Assembly: GCF_018977255.1 (NCBI RefSeq) | Contig: NW_024704742.1 | Location: forward strand, 24,430,001-24,494,000 | Direction: 5' to 3' | Origin: Callorhinchus milii | Taxonomy: Eukaryota | Length of the DNA stretch: 64,000 bases | Shown here: positions 25,314 through 39,423 of the stretch, piece by piece | How the letters are laid out: each line of letters begins with the position of its first letter | How positions within the stretch are numbered: the stretch's first letter is position 1 | Position numbers and translations under genes: made by a program | The notes under the pieces: generated by a model | The model's database searches: none | What the model saw: the letters and a program-made list of their open reading frames with translations, nothing else | Told to the model about the DNA's origin: nothing

Positions 25314-25483
25314 AGTAATATAGTAATACAATGATATACTAATGTACAATACAGTAATATAGTAATACAATGATATACTAATGTACAATACAGTAATATA
25401 GTAATACAATGATATACTAATGTACAATACAGTAATATAGTAATACAATGATATACTAATGTACAATACAGTAATATAGTAAT
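25314..25483. repeat. 39-bp minisatellite, 4 perfect copies plus a partial
   Basis: Unit AGTAATATAGTAATACAATGATATACTAATGTACAATAC starting at 25314, 25353, 25392, 25431 and 25470. Confidence 0.97.
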
Positions 25484-27289
25484 GATAAGACAGTCAGTAG
25501 GGAAGCCACTGTGATTTATGACAACTGGTTTTATCTACTCAGCAATATTCTGAAATCTGATTTAGATTGATTGGAGTGTGATGACGTGAAACAAATGCAA
25601 GCATCAGTGTTAGATTACATCAGTCAGTCTAAACCACATTGATTTCCTGAGCTCTGAAAGAACATTAGATTTTTTAGAGGACCGCTATTGCTACACTTTA
25701 GGGGATGTCGGAATGTCACATACCAAAGAGTCACATTTTTACTGCTTCATTTTTACTGATAATAGCACAAAATAATTGCTCAAGTTGCAAAGCACTATTG
25801 TGTCAAGGGGATCCAAGTACTTGAAAAGCTTCAAATGTTTTAAATTCGATCATAATTTTGAAGTACTTTTGAATGAACATGAGTTGATGCATCATTTAGC
25901 AAATTGACCTAACATTGATTCTGAGGGCACCTTTTTCCCCCATTTCTTTGATGTTTTTTTCTTGGTCAATGATCTCGCCCTTGTAGTTGTTTGAAGCTTC
26001 TGCATCAGAGCTCTATGAGTTCAGTTACTTTCTTTGTGAGGTTGAAGCTACAGATGGTTTGGGTGGAGGGGTGGGGGAGAGCCATTGATGCCATTAAAAA
26101 CATTCACCTACAATGATGTGATTTTTATCAGACTATTAATAATTTGTGATACTCTCACTCAGTGAATTGATTATAATTCACACAAATATTGCAGATAGTG
26201 CAATTCAATATTTCTGGGGTTATTGTACCTTTTTTAAGGAAACGTTTTATCATCTGTTTAAAATTTCCTGGTGCAGAGAGTAGCATCAAAATCTCATTTA
26301 TCATTCCTGAATAATTAAAAGTAATTCAATCTGTTTTGTACCGGAACTTATGCATTTGAGGAACATGGCTAAGTGCTTTATGCTGCAGTTTATTCAGCTG
26401 AGGCTATGTTAAAACCAGGAGCAAAATACAATAAAATGGACTGGTGACCTTACTCTAACAGCCCTTCCACAGTGTTTTCAGTTGTAGTGCAGTCATTCTA
26501 AAATTAGAACCATGTAGAAAATGCTTGCACAGAGAATCCATGCACTACCCTTGATCTTGTCTCCCTTGATGCTTGGATTTACAGGACAAACAGAGAGATT
26601 TGTAGTTCTTTTAAGTGTTAGAATAATTTTGAAAGTGTCTATTTGGATTCTGGAAAACGAGATGTGTTTCTTTTGTCCTGAAGATGTTGGGGGGTTTCAG
26701 CTGAATTTTCATTCTGTTTTATTATTCAAACTCAAAATCGCCCGAATGCTAGTACAGCTCTGGGCTGGAGATTTCCATTTGTTCTGTCTATCTTCTTATT
26801 TGGTGTCTGTATAAACTGCCTTATTGAGAGTACTTTGAAGCGAGAGAAAGAGTACAGAGTAGATTTACAAGAATGTTCTAATAACAATCTTTGCATTTGG
26901 TATAGTACCTTATCATGTTGGAAAGATGTCTCAAAGCATTTCACAGGATTTAATGTGAAATGGAGTGTCTATTTATAGGCAATCGTAGCAGCACAATTGC
27001 ACACAGAGGTGTCCCACAAACAGCCATGGAGTGAACAACCTTTTTTTTATTTTGGAGAGGATTTGTTGGCCAGGAAGCCGAGAGAAACTCCTTTCTCTCT
27101 TCAAGTAGTGCCGTGGGATATTTAACGTTCGCCTGAACAGGCAGACAGGACTTTTGTTCAACGTGTTATCTGAAGGATGGCACCTCCAACAATTCAACAC
27201 CACATGAATGTTACATTGGAGTATCATCTTAGATTTGAACCTACAACCCTCTGACTCAGAGGCAAGCCAGGCTGACCTTATTATCGGGG

Positions 27290-27730
27290 ATGAGTGGATA
27301 TAGCTATCGCGATAGATTGGACAAGTTGGAGTTCTTCTCTCTAAAGTTGAGATGATTGAGAGGGGACCTCAATGGAGTGTTCACAATTATGAATGTGATA
27401 GGTGGAGTTAAATAATAGGCTATTTAACTTGTTGGCGAGTCCAAAACCAGAGGACATAAATACAAGGCAGTTAGTAGTAATTCTAATACGGAATTTAGCA
27501 GGAGCTTCTCCATGCAGAGGGTGGTGAGAATGTGAAATTCGCTGCTGGAAGCTGTGATTGCAGCAAATGCATGAATGTACTTAAGAGACAAACTTGATAC
27601 ATACATGAGGCCAAAGGGAATAGAGGTTATAGGAGAGAATAGGAGGGTGTGAGCGAGCTTGTGTGTCGTATAAACACCAACGTGGACTGATTGGGCCAAG
27701 TGGTCTGTTTCACCTTATGCAACTCTGTAA
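27290..27730 (+). mobile_element. Degenerate CR1-clade LINE 3' end
   Basis: Decayed SYxxRL...LRGDL...TRGH...FxxRVV..WN motifs, then a gggccaagtggtctgtt hairpin tail. Other CR1 remnants at ~1155-1280, 12950-13160, 35940-36070, 42690-42845, 45590-45910, 57310-57455 (plus) and 14305-14492 (minus). Confidence 0.75.
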
Positions 27731-28167
27731 CTATATTGAAATAGGTCTATTATCTCTTGGTTGAGATTTTTGTGAGTTGAATAATGATGCAAAGGTTCTT
27801 TTTTTAAAAAAAAACAAGCATATTTCTAAACCTATAATAATTTAAAGCATCTTTCACATCTGCAGATCATCTCAAAATGCTTCACAGGATTTATTGCGAA
27901 GTGTAATGGCTATTTTGTGGGTGAATGCGGCAGTCAATTTAGACAAACAGCTATAAAGTGAATGACCAATTTTATCTGGGGTTTGTTAGCCAGGAACTCC
28001 CTTCTCTTTTCAAATAGTGCAAATGGGATCTTTAATGGCCACCTGAACAGCAAACAGGACCTCAATTTAACATCTCATCTAAAGCAGCTCCTCCAACAAT
28101 GTAGAGCTCCTCCCAGCACTGGATTGGAGGGTCAATCTGCACTGTAAGCACAACCTTCTGATTCAGT

Positions 28168-28407
28168 GATAATAATAATAATCCTTGCATTTGATATAGC
28201 GCTTTTCATGTCTTCTTGACATCTCAAAGCCCTTCACAGAATAGACTGTAAAGTGAATTGACCGTATATTTGTGGGCGAAACACGGCAGCCAATTGCGCA
28301 CAGCAGTGTCCCGCAAACAGTCGTGGATTGAAATGACCAATTTATTATTGTTTTTGCTTTTGGAGGGATTATTATTAGGCGTGTGGAGTAAGGAAACTTG
28401 CCCAAGG
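28168..28407 (-). mobile_element. Young SINE, 5'-truncated, nested in an older Deu-SINE
   Basis: Body and tail match the young family; the older SINE head sequence resumes at ~28408-28444. Confidence 0.85.
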
Positions 28408-29361
28408 TGAGATGAAAACATATACCAACTGAGCCAGTCTAACATTTTACTGTCTATCATCCATTGATTGCTACCAATGCCAGTCTTTTTACTATGTCTT
28501 TAGAAATGGGATTTCCAGTTGTAAGAGATCAAAATAATTGCTATTTTTAGTGACCATCATCTGATAGACACCATTCCTACCGACTTTTAGATAGAAATCA
28601 ATCACAAAGACAGAAACTATAGATTTAGGTCCTTGTTCCTTCCAGACTTTTAAGTGAACCTTTTTACATATCTTGGTGGATTTGAGTAACACATTTTTCT
28701 TGTTCAGTTGCTCCATTATCTCTTTAAAACACATCCAAAAGAAGCTAATCCCATTGCCTCAAATCATGAGAGTCAGAGCTGGTAAAATAAATATGCTACT
28801 CCTGTATTTTGAATCTCTTTCAGATGCACTTGGTGATTATTCTGAAAATAGCCCTCAAACATTCGATTTCATGGCCTATTTGGAATGATAATGTCTGCTT
28901 AGTCATTTGAGATACAATCAATGCCTTCTTTGTGCAATGAAATTTCAGTCATTCATTGCTACTTTACTGTTGTCTCACTCAAATGTCAAAATTACTGTAA
29001 ATGGAGTATTTTCTCAATGTACGGGGATAGGGGGGGAATATTGTGAAATATTTCATTTACTTCTCGGGGAACAAAACTGTAAATTTATTCCCCTTATCAC
29101 AGGCTGCAGGAAACAGGGAGAACCTTTTATTGTCGAGACATGAAGTGATAATCTCTTTCAGCCTTTAAAAGCACTCTTCAGATCATCTTAATCATCTTGA
29201 GAATTTAGTACCATCCAAATACACAACAGTACCTGTGTGTTGTGATATGCTGTGTCTCCAATCGATTCCAGAAAAATTCTCCAAACAAATGGGATTAAAA
29301 CAAATTATGAAGAATTAAATTTATACACGTTTCACATTAAATTTATTTCTTTGCTGATCAA

Positions 29362-32090
29362 TAACAACAACAAAATTACATTTGTATAGTGTCTTTCACG
29401 TCAGGAGGATATTCCAAGGTGCTGGACAGTCAAGAGTTTCGGACCTGAGCTGGGGGTTGGGATTGGGGAGGTTGGAGGGCATGGGGGGAAGCAGGGTGAT
29501 CGAAAGCATGGTCGAAGAGGAGGATTTTGAGATGGGTCTTGAAGGAGGCAAGCGAGGGGGCGAGGCTGAGGGACTGTGGGATGGAGTTCCAGAGGGTGGA
29601 GGCAGAGTGGCAAACGGCCCATCTGCCAATAGTGGGGTGAGTGAGGCGGGGGAATGTGAAGCAGGCCGGAGCCCGCTGAATGGAGGGAGCGAGCAGAATG
29701 GTAGGAGATTAGGAGGTTACAGAGGTAGGGGGGAGCAAGACCACGGAGGGCTTTGAAGGTGAGAACCAGGATCTTGTACTGTATCCTCTGTGTGATGGGA
29801 AGCCAGTGGAGTCGGGCAAGGATGAGGGTGATAGGGTCGTGGAGCCTATTGTGGGAGAGGACACGGGCTGCAGAGATCTGGATGATCTGCAGCTATAGAG
29901 GGAGGAGTTGGGGAGGTTGACAAGCAGCGAGTTTGCATAGTCAAGCCTCATTGTAATAAAAGCATATATGAAGTTTCGGCGGCCTGTGGTGTGAGATAAT
30001 AGTAGAGCCAGGTGATGTTGTGGAGGTGGGGGAAGGCAGAGCGGTTCATGGCACGAATGTGGGGTAGAAAGGATGGTTGAGGGTCAAACAAGAGGAGGGT
30101 TTTGAGACGTGCCTTGAAGGAGGCAAAGGAGGGAGCAAGGCAAAGGGAATGTGGGATGGAGTTCCATAGGCAGGGGGCAGAATGGTTGAAGATGGAGTGG
30201 GCCGGGCGGGGGACATGAAGCAGGCCAGAGGGTGCTGATTGGAGGGAAAGGACAGATTGATATGGAGTCAGCAGGTCACAAAGGTAAGGAGGGGCAAGGC
30301 CGTGGAGGGCCTTGAAGTCGAGGACGAGGATTTTGAACTCTATCCTCTGGGGGATGGGGAGCCAGTGGAGCTGGGTGGGGGTGATGGGTTCACGGAGCCT
30401 GGTGCAGGAGAGGACATGAGCGCCAGAGTTGGGAAGGCCGACAAGCAGGGAGTTGGTGTGGTCGACCCTAGATGTGATGAATGTGTGGATAAAGGTTTCG
30501 GCGGCCTTTGAGGTAGTGGCAGAGCCGGGCAATATTGCGGAAGTGGGAAAGGCAGAGCGGGTCATGGCACAGATGTGGGGTAGAAGGGCAGTTGAGGGTC
30601 AAGCAAGATGACAAGGTTCCAGACTGGCTTAGCAAGGTGGAGTGTGCATCCAAGGAATGGTGGTGCTGTCAGCGCCTGAGATATGGAGGCGCTGACGTGA
30701 GCCAATCAGGAGAGTCTCGGTCTTGTTGACATCCAACTGAAGAAAATGAGCTCTCATCCAAGACTTGATGTCCGACAGAGCTCATTTTCTTCAGTGGTCC
30801 TGGAGTCAAGGTGGAGGCAGAGAGGTAGAGTTGGGCATCATCCACATACATGTGGAAGTTGACCCCATATCTACGGATGATGTCACCAAGAGGGAGCATA
30901 TAGATGTTGAAAAGGAGGAGACCAAGGACAGAGCCCTGAGGAACGCCGCACGAGACGGTGCGGGGGCTAGAGGAGAAACTGTTTGTGGAGATGAAGTGGA
31001 GGCGGTGTGAGAGGTACGATCTGAACCAGAGTTTTGAAGGTTGAGGTGAGAGGAGAGGTGGTGAATGAGCATAAAGTGGTTGACGGTGTCAAAGGCAGCA
31101 GAGAGGTCAAGAAGGACGAGGAGGCAGATGGAGCCCTGGTCACAGATGGACAGAATGTCTTTGGCCCTTTGACCAAGGCTGTTTCTGTGCTGTAGGCGAC
31201 ACGGAAACCCGATTGGAAGGGTTTGTGAAGGGAGTAGTGGGAGAGGAAGGAGCGAAGCTGGGAAGCAACAACAACAACATTTGGATTTAAATAGCGCCCT
31301 CCACGCCGGACGGTGTCTCAGAGCTCTTTACAGTAACGGATCCCGGGGCCGAGCCAGGGGGAGGGGGAGAAAGGTGACCAAAGACGCGGTCGAAAAGAAA
31401 GGTCTTCAGCAGAAACCTGAAAATGGGAAGGGAGGGAGCGAGGCGAAGGGAGTGAGGAAGGGAGTTCCAGAGCCTCGGGGCATAATGGCTGAAGGCACAG
31501 CCACCGAGGGTGGAGTGGAGGACTCGGGGGACGAGGAGGAGGCCAGACCCGGAGGAACGAAGGCAACGGGTACTGTTTTGAGCAACAACTCGTTCCAGGA
31601 CCTTGGAGAGAAAAGGGAGGTTGGAGAAGGGGTGGTAGTTTGAGAGTAGAGATGAGTCCAGGGAGTTTTTTTTAAGGACAGAAGTGATGACAGTAGTTTT
31701 TAATGGGGTGCAAACAGTACCAGTGGACAGGGAGAGGTTTATGATGTCTGTGAGTAGAGGGTCAAGGAGGTGGAGCTGGGAGGTAAGGAGAGGGGTAGGG
31801 ATGGAGCCAAGGGAGCAGGTGGTCGGTTTCATGCAGGTGATAGTGGTGGTGAGAGAGGAGGGGGAGACAGGTACGAAGGTGTGGAGGGAGAGATGGTTAG
31901 GGGCCGGGGGGGAGGGTGAGGTGAGCGGAGTGTAGCAGACAGAAGGGCAGAAGCAGCTGAGCAGATCAACTTTGGATTCAAGGAGGTCCAGCAATGACTC
32001 GCAGTTGGTATTAGAGTTGAGGATGGACGAGGGGTGAGAGGGTGGGTGGAAGAGCAGGTTGGTGATGGAGAAGAGGAACCTGGGGTTGAG
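29362..32090 (-). mobile_element. Composite of at least three L2 fragments
   Basis: Minus-strand ORFs 29709..29951, 29948..30565, 30669..30899 (FHMYVDD) and 31287..31994 carry L2 RT and C-terminal motifs; two (CAA)n tails at ~29362 and ~31267. Confidence 0.9.
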
Positions 32091-33734
32091 GCTATTTACT
32101 ATTTCAATTAGTAAATAGAAAATTGATACAAATGACAGTAAACATTTTCTTGAAGCACATTTTGTGTCAGATCAGTTTTCATCATAGATACCTTTCAGAG
32201 TCCTTGCTTGGGGTTATTCACATCTTATCCTTGCATTACATTGATGAATTCCTTAGACGATACAGCCAAAGCCGCTGAAGACGGACACAGGTTAACCTAG
32301 GAGCCTGGGTAAATCGGACAAAATGCTCGGGCCCCAATTCATTTGAATTCCTGCTTGTTTAAAATATGACGGTTAATTCGGACAAAAAAAACACATCATC
32401 CAGACAAACTGCTGCGCTGGTCACCACTGAGATGGGAGGGCTCAAATTGTGATTGATTAACAAGTTTGGAACTGCTTGTGAATGGATGGAGTACCTCAGA
32501 GCCGCCACTAGTTAGTCCCCCTGAAATGAGACATTAAACCAAGGTCTTGTCTACCTATTCAGATGGATATTAAAGATCTCATGATGCTGTTTGAAAAGAG
32601 AAGGATGTTTCTCCTCTTGTCCTGGCTAATAATCCCTCAAATGAAATTCTTATTCACTTTATGGCTGTTTGTGGGACATTGCTGTGTGCAAATTGACTGT
32701 CACTACACTTTATAGTAGATCATGTGAAGTGCTTTGAGACATCCTCCTGATGTGAAAATCGCTATATCAAATGCAAGGATTTTTTTAAATTTATGCTTCT
32801 GGTGCTGACCTGCCCCTGTAGCTTTTAATATTATTGTAACTTTCCCCACCCCCTTTACTGGCCTAATGGTCAAATTCTAAATCCCTAATTGTTTAAGAAT
32901 TAGAATTAAAATAATGTTTAATGTTAAAGTTTGGCCCGCTTCAGTCACCAGAACTCGATCTGTTTTCCATGTCTGAATTCTGCCCACTCATCCTTTGAAA
33001 CCCTGCTGTTTTATGTTTTCCCCACCCCACTTTCCTCCCTAATTGTGTTTGAAATAGCATCAATTGAGTTAATGAAAGACATTGACCTCATCAACTGGGC
33101 TTTTGCCATTTAGTTTTGTGATTTAGTGAGTGCTGTCTGGGTGTTGAGATATAGTTATCACTGAGAGAAAAATGGGTTCTGTTCGTACTTGGCAGATCCA
33201 GCACAATCTGTGCAGATCACAATAAAGTAGGTCGAAATAAGGAGCACATTTTTAATGAGTGTCAATCGGTTGCTGGAAAGCTACTGGTTAGTTTGAAATT
33301 GATAATTAGGATCTCTAAAGTACTTGGCTGGTGCTAACCTTAAGCGGCTGGAAAAAAGGTTGCAATTAAGAAATGGTAAGCATTGTATTTCAGTATTGCT
33401 TACTCTTGAAGTGCACAGGCAGGCTGGAGGGAATTCTCTGACTTTGCTGGTATATATTGAGTTCAGCAATTTTATTCATGAGCTTGCAGTTGGGGGCCTG
33501 GAACAGTCCCAGAACTTTGTTGCTGTGCAGAATGGATGAATGTTAATGGAACAGAGCCTTGACATTTTGATGCGTCCTTATGCAACACCCACACTGGAAC
33601 AGCCGTTGCAACACTGGATGCTTTGCTTCTAACTGTGCGGATGAAATTCACTGAATTGTCAACATTGACTTTTTTTAAAAAAAATCTGAAGAAAGTGAAA
33701 TGGCTTAAAAAAAACTGTATTTCTGCCTTTTCAG

Positions 33735-33972
33735 GTGCCTGCAAAACTACATTCCTGCCCACAGCTTGACTCTTTCTTGCCCAGTGTGTCGTCAGACTTC
33801 CATTCTGCCTGAAAAGGGAGTTTCTGCACTACAGAATAACTTTTTCATCACAAACCTGATGGATGTTCTTCAGCGAACTCCTGAGAGCAACAGTGAGGAC
33901 TCCTCCATTCTGGAGACAGTCACAGCGGTAGCGGCAGGAAAACCCCTTTCCTGCCCAAATCATGATGGAAAT
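33735..33972 (+). CDS. TRIM2: TRIM2 coding exon 2 (RING C-half, start of B-box)
   Basis: ttttcag|G acceptor; [47 protein letters not shown]...CPNHDGN; donor GTAAGT; 238 nt. Confidence 0.98.
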
Positions 33973-35043
33973 GTAAGTTGTGCTCTCTGTTAATTCTCTT
34001 TATATTCGGGTTCAGCATTAGTTGAATACAGAGCTTTCTTTCTTTGTTGCTCTGGATTCTAAGATTGCTTATTGGCGACTGTCCTGCTTTGAGGATAGTT
34101 TAAATGCTAAAGTTTTAAAATGTATTTATTTGTTTGACTTTGTTTCGCCGTTTGCTTTTGGATTGAATTTTAAGTAGCAGTGATTGTTCTAATCCTTGAA
34201 AAATGATTAATTCAAGTTAAAGTAAGCTATAATAATCGGATTGGCACCAGTTACCTCTCACTAATCTGTACTGTGGATTACATCCTATATCCTCAGGAGG
34301 GGGTGGGAGGTGCAGCATTTCTTTGGAGCTGAGCTGGCTCTGAGATGATATATCCCAACACACACTCTGGGGTCCCCAAATCTTAGCTCTTGCCAACCTG
34401 CGCTAATACTCTCCGGAATTAGGTAAGCAGGCTGTGTCCCTCCAGGGAGTCCACATCCCATTCCAATGAATATCTCTGGAATTTTCCTGCGTAGGTGAGA
34501 TAAAGATGTTCGGTTTGGATAATACTCTTAAGCATAGTTATAGGTTTCTGCATGTGCCAGGCACCCGGCTGACCCAAATAAATCTTCCTGACTCCCTCTT
34601 TCCTTCTCTTACCCCACTCCCATCTTCCCTTTCTCCAATTCAGAAAGTGTTAGTACAAAAAAGGGCTTGAGGCAGTACTGGAGATGATGCTTTCTACAGT
34701 GTAGAAACCGAATTGCATTAACTTGTCAAAACCTGGCAGTACACTGTCCCTTCGGTGGTCTGAATACATGCAGAGTGATGGTGAGCACTCTTTGTTATCA
34801 AGGTTTTGTAATTTCAAGGCAAATCTGTGGTAGGTAGTGGATGTGTGTACTACTTCTCTGGTTGGGATCCAGGTATCCCAATGGTAGCTGCTGTCATCCC
34901 TTTCTTTTGATATACTCGCTGAATTAGTAGCTAGTCAGCATGAGTATTTCCTTAGGGCAAAATGATTTCGGTTAAAATCCTGTTCTTGCCCTTTGCCCCT
35001 TCCTGCCTTCCAATGTAACTCCTCTGTCACTGCCTTCTCCCAG

Positions 35044-35195
35044 GTGATGGACTTTTACTGCCAGTCCTGCGAGACTGCAATGTGTCATGAATGCACCGAG
35101 GGTGAACATGCTGAGCATCCAACTGTTCCCCTTAAAGATGTAGTGGAGCAGCACAAAGCGTCCCTGCAGACTCAACTGGAATCCGTCAAACAGAG
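35044..35195 (+). CDS. TRIM2: TRIM2 coding exon 3 (B-box 2)
   Basis: ctcccag| acceptor; [50 protein letters not shown](R); donor GTAAGT; 152 nt. Confidence 0.98.
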
Positions 35196-35621
35196 GTAAG
35201 TGTGGTGCGTGGACCGCTTAGCTGTTGATTGCACCATGGTTTGCTAGAGATTTGCAGTGTTTTGTAATAACCCTTGACTGACCACCTTCTTTATCTGGGC
35301 ACCTTGTGTTTTCAAGGTTAGAAATAAATTCACTTCTCTATCTATAGCATCTTGCAAAAGTGTAAATTGGGATATGTAGTTTAATTTAGTCATAGAATGC
35401 CATACACCTAACACAGAAGGAATTCATTCTGACCCCCATATAAGAAGTGGTGCTGAAAGGCAGGAGTTTTTTCTTCTGCATATTCTCACACTTACATTTA
35501 AGGCACTGCAATAACTGAGGCCAGCTCCTGTTTTTTTTCTTTGCAAAATTAGTGGCATGGATTGCACTTCAAAATAACTCCTCTCTCTTTACCAATGAGG
35601 CAAAAGAGTGTTGCAATACAT

Positions 35622-35900
35622 CAACAACAACAACTTGCACTTAAATAGCACCCTCCACGTAGGGTAGTGTCTCAGAGCGCTTAAAAGTGGCGGAGCCTGA
35701 CTCTGAGCTGGGGGGAGTGGGGAGGTGGCCATAAGCACAGTCGAGTAGGAAAGTCTTCAGGTGAGACTTAAAAAGAGGGGAGAGAGGGGGCAAGGTGGAG
35801 GGATTGAGGGAGAGTGTTCCAAAGTTTTGGGGCATAGTGGCTGAAAGCACGACCTCTGATGGTGGGACGGAGGGTGCGCGGGACGAGTAGGAGGCCCACT
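35622..35900 (-). mobile_element. L2 3' fragment
   Basis: (CAA)n tail; ORF 35641..35850 contains FKSHLKTFLLD. Confidence 0.8.
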
Positions 35901-38900
35901 CCTCATTAATTGGTAAAGATGTTGGTTAGACACTTACTTGGAGAGGACAAGTTTGCAGGGCTATGGGGAGAATGCGGGGGAGTGGGATTGATTTGGATAG
36001 CTCTTTTCAAAGAGCCGGCATAGACACGATGGTCCGAAAGGCCTCTTTCTGTGCTGTATGATTCTATGCACATCCTACCTTATCTATGAAACCATCTTGC
36101 CTTGAGCAGGACTGTCAATTTAGATTCCGTTTTTAAATTTCTGTACCCACAGTCATTTTGATGCTTTCACTTTTGGTGCGAATACAAAATAACCGTGGCT
36201 TTTAGATGAATGCAAATTTCATGGGTTGAAACTGCTACGTCCTTCGCTCATTCAGCAGTCGCTGGGTTCTTTCTGTGCTTGTCCCAGCTGTACCTTTTCA
36301 AAAGAAGTGAAAGGATGATCAAGTGATGTGAACTGTTTTGTCCAGTAAATGACCTTTGTTAGTTCACACTCCACTCATTCTGATGTAATGGGAGCAGGCA
36401 GAACGGTAAGAACAAGGAGGTGCAAGGGTATTCTTTTCTACACTGATTTTAAAAAAAAAAGCCGTCATTGTCTTGTTAAAAAAGAATTGTCTCAGCATTA
36501 TAGCCACAACCTACCATCTGCTCATTACCAGGAGCTATCGGGGTATTCCATCAATTCTACTGCAACTGAGAATAACGGGATGTTCAAAATGAAGCTTGTA
36601 TTACTTGAAATTTTTTGCAAGGATCTTAAAATTCAGCAACACAAATCGTTGCAAATGGATGATGCACTGCAACCTATTGCCGATCATCTTGCGAACGCTG
36701 CCGCTATTTAATTAGCACACTGCGAATCTGCCATTATTGGAGAGTGAAATGTCTATCCAAGTCACAAGGAGCTGCAAAGATACAATCCAGTAATTAGCAA
36801 CCTGCTGCTTTAAATCCCCTTTTTGGCCCTTGAAGTTTCAGGGATTGTATCTTCTCACATTTTGCATTCCATGCAGTTTTGCATTAAGGGCTGATATATT
36901 ATGCACAGGACAATTAGAATATTGCCTACTTCTACTTTTTGCTGCTGTTTTGCCCTTCAAGGTGAGAAATTTAGAGACGTCTGTGTGGTGTAAAATGCAC
37001 TCAAATAAACGTTTCTTAGTCAACAATATTTCCCACTGCACTAAAATAAAAGTTCCCTTTTCCAACAATGACCACTGTTCACAGTATCTCAACGGCTCGC
37101 CCAGCTTACCAATAGACAATACCAACTCTCACAAGTCTACTTTGAAGTCTCCACATGACTAATTACGATAGAGACCAAGATGTGCTTTGTGCTGTGGATG
37201 TATCTGTTTGTAAATGGGTGTCCCACAGTGGAGTTTTTCATCTTGCATTGGATTTTAGGTGAAAGGATTATATTCTAACTAAATGTACCATGAATGAAAT
37301 GTTTCTTATTTAGTGATTGTGTTGGGATTGCTGAAATCAATTTAAAAACTGCCTTGATAGCAATGCATTGCTTTGTTCTTTTTGGTTTACTGTTAACCCC
37401 AAGATGCATCTTATAAAGATTTAAGTAGAGATGTATTTAATGCAAATTGATTTGTGTTGTTAATAATCCTGTCAATTTGATAGATCGTGTCAGCTGGCAT
37501 CAATGCAATGTATTAATAATTTGATTGAGGATTTATTGATTTTTTTTTGCTTTGAGTGGATTTAGAAGAATTGATCTTTTACAAGGTGCACATCATTCCG
37601 TCATGGTTACTTTATACCTCAGTATTATTGAAGACCCAGAAATAAACTGTACTCAAATATCACTGGTTGTAGAGCTATCTTTGTGTTTCTGTCTATAAAT
37701 GATACTGATAATGCTCTCTGATTGCAAGTTGTTTTAAACTTGAGGTTGGATTTGTTCTGACTTCAGGAGCAATCTCAAGTAAAATACAAGATTGTAACTA
37801 CTGTAATCAATCCTGACCCTATATAATGCCACAGAGGCAACAAACAAAGGAAATTACGTAAGAATATATGACCTATTTCAATCACTTCACTTTGACAGAC
37901 ATTTGCTCTTGAACTCAACCCCTACTATATGTGCTATTTATTTCTAGAAACCTGGTTAGTGTTGCATTCTAATCTGTTTTCCCCCAAAATACCACCATGC
38001 ATTTGCTTGTTTCTGCTCATAGATCAAACCACTCATCCGTGGTACCGTTCTAGTAAATTGCCTCTTTACCCTGATATTTTTTCTAATCTGGGGACCTAAT
38101 CTGGAACTCCCTGCTTCAAATCCCTCGTTCCCTCTTTAATCTTTGAATCCCACCTGAACACCTACCCTTTTGACTTGGCCTATGGCCATCTTCCCCCTTT
38201 TCCCTCACTCAGCATCCAATCCTGCCACTATGCAACACTAAAGAAGATATCCTCTGTGAAAGGTGCTACACAAATTGTTGGCGGTTTGTTAATGTTGAGC
38301 AGGATTGAGGCGCATCAGTCCCACATTTTCTGCTCCCTTCACTTATTACTGTCCAACGCCCCTTTGCACTTGCTGAGGCTCTCTTCTCTTTGCTGATTTC
38401 AGACATTTTCACCCTGAACACACACCCTGAACTTTCTTTGTCAGTTTTTGTCTCTTCACTCTCGTGTCCATCTTCTTTATGCCCGCTCTGTCCTATCCCA
38501 AAATACTCCAGCCTATTGCTGGTCCCAGTCACTGTTCCTCTATCCCCAGCTGGCTGTCATAGATCTCCATCCATTTTACCTTTTTGTAAAATTTATATTT
38601 TTTTATTGCATCTTCCTCTTCCACAGATTGAAACCTATCCCAGCTATAATAGGAGAGAAATTCCTCCTGCTGCTCCGTGTAGCATGATATATTGTTCTCA
38701 TGGGAAGTTTTGCATTCAAATGTACAATGTAATCTCTATTTAGTGGGAGTAATTTCAACTGAGGTGTTACAGGCATCTTGCCCCTGTATTCAAAGCTAGT
38801 TGAGTTTTACTCTGCATTGGGAATTAATCGCAATGGGCTCAATCCTACACTGATTACTAAAAATAGTGACCTTTTCACTCTTATTTTTACATTATGGCAT

Positions 38901-39242
38901 TTCTCATTAAGAAGCCGTTAAAAAGACTAGATTTCAGTATTTTGCATGTGCTAGATAGAACCTAGCAATCATTACTGAAAAACAATTTCAAGGTTTGGAC
39001 CGCACACATCATCGGAGGCTACTTGTCTTGAATGTCTATTTCAGTGCGGTGTATGTACTCTTTTTTAAATTTAGGCGGGGGGGTGATTTTTTTAGCTAGG
39101 TGATGGGAGGGTGGGGAGAAGAAGAGAAATGAGCAGAAATATACAATCAACTCACCTTACAGTCTTGATGATGTGGTAAGGAACTATAGCAAATGCAACC
39201 ATTATTATTATTAACTAACCTTGTTTGGCAATCCATTCCCAG

Positions 39243-39423
39243 GCTGCCTGAATTAGACTCTGCTCTGAGTTTCCTCTCAGAAATCTTGCAAGATCTGACC
39301 AACGAGAAAGTAAGCATCGAAGAAGAAATCCATGCCACATTTGATGAGCTCCAAAAGACACTGAATGTACGAAAGAGTGTTCTTCTTATGGAACTGGAGG
39401 TCACCTATGGTGTTAAACAGAAA
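39243..39423 (+). CDS. TRIM2: TRIM2 coding exon 4 (coiled coil)
   Basis: ttcccag| acceptor; LPELDSALSFLSEILQDLTNEK...LEVTYGVKQK; donor GTAAGG; 181 nt. Confidence 0.97.

Noticed and set aside
25314..25483. CRISPR-like array (also considered for 59280-59530)
   Set aside because: Units are contiguous with no unique spacers, there are no cas genes and the context is vertebrate.
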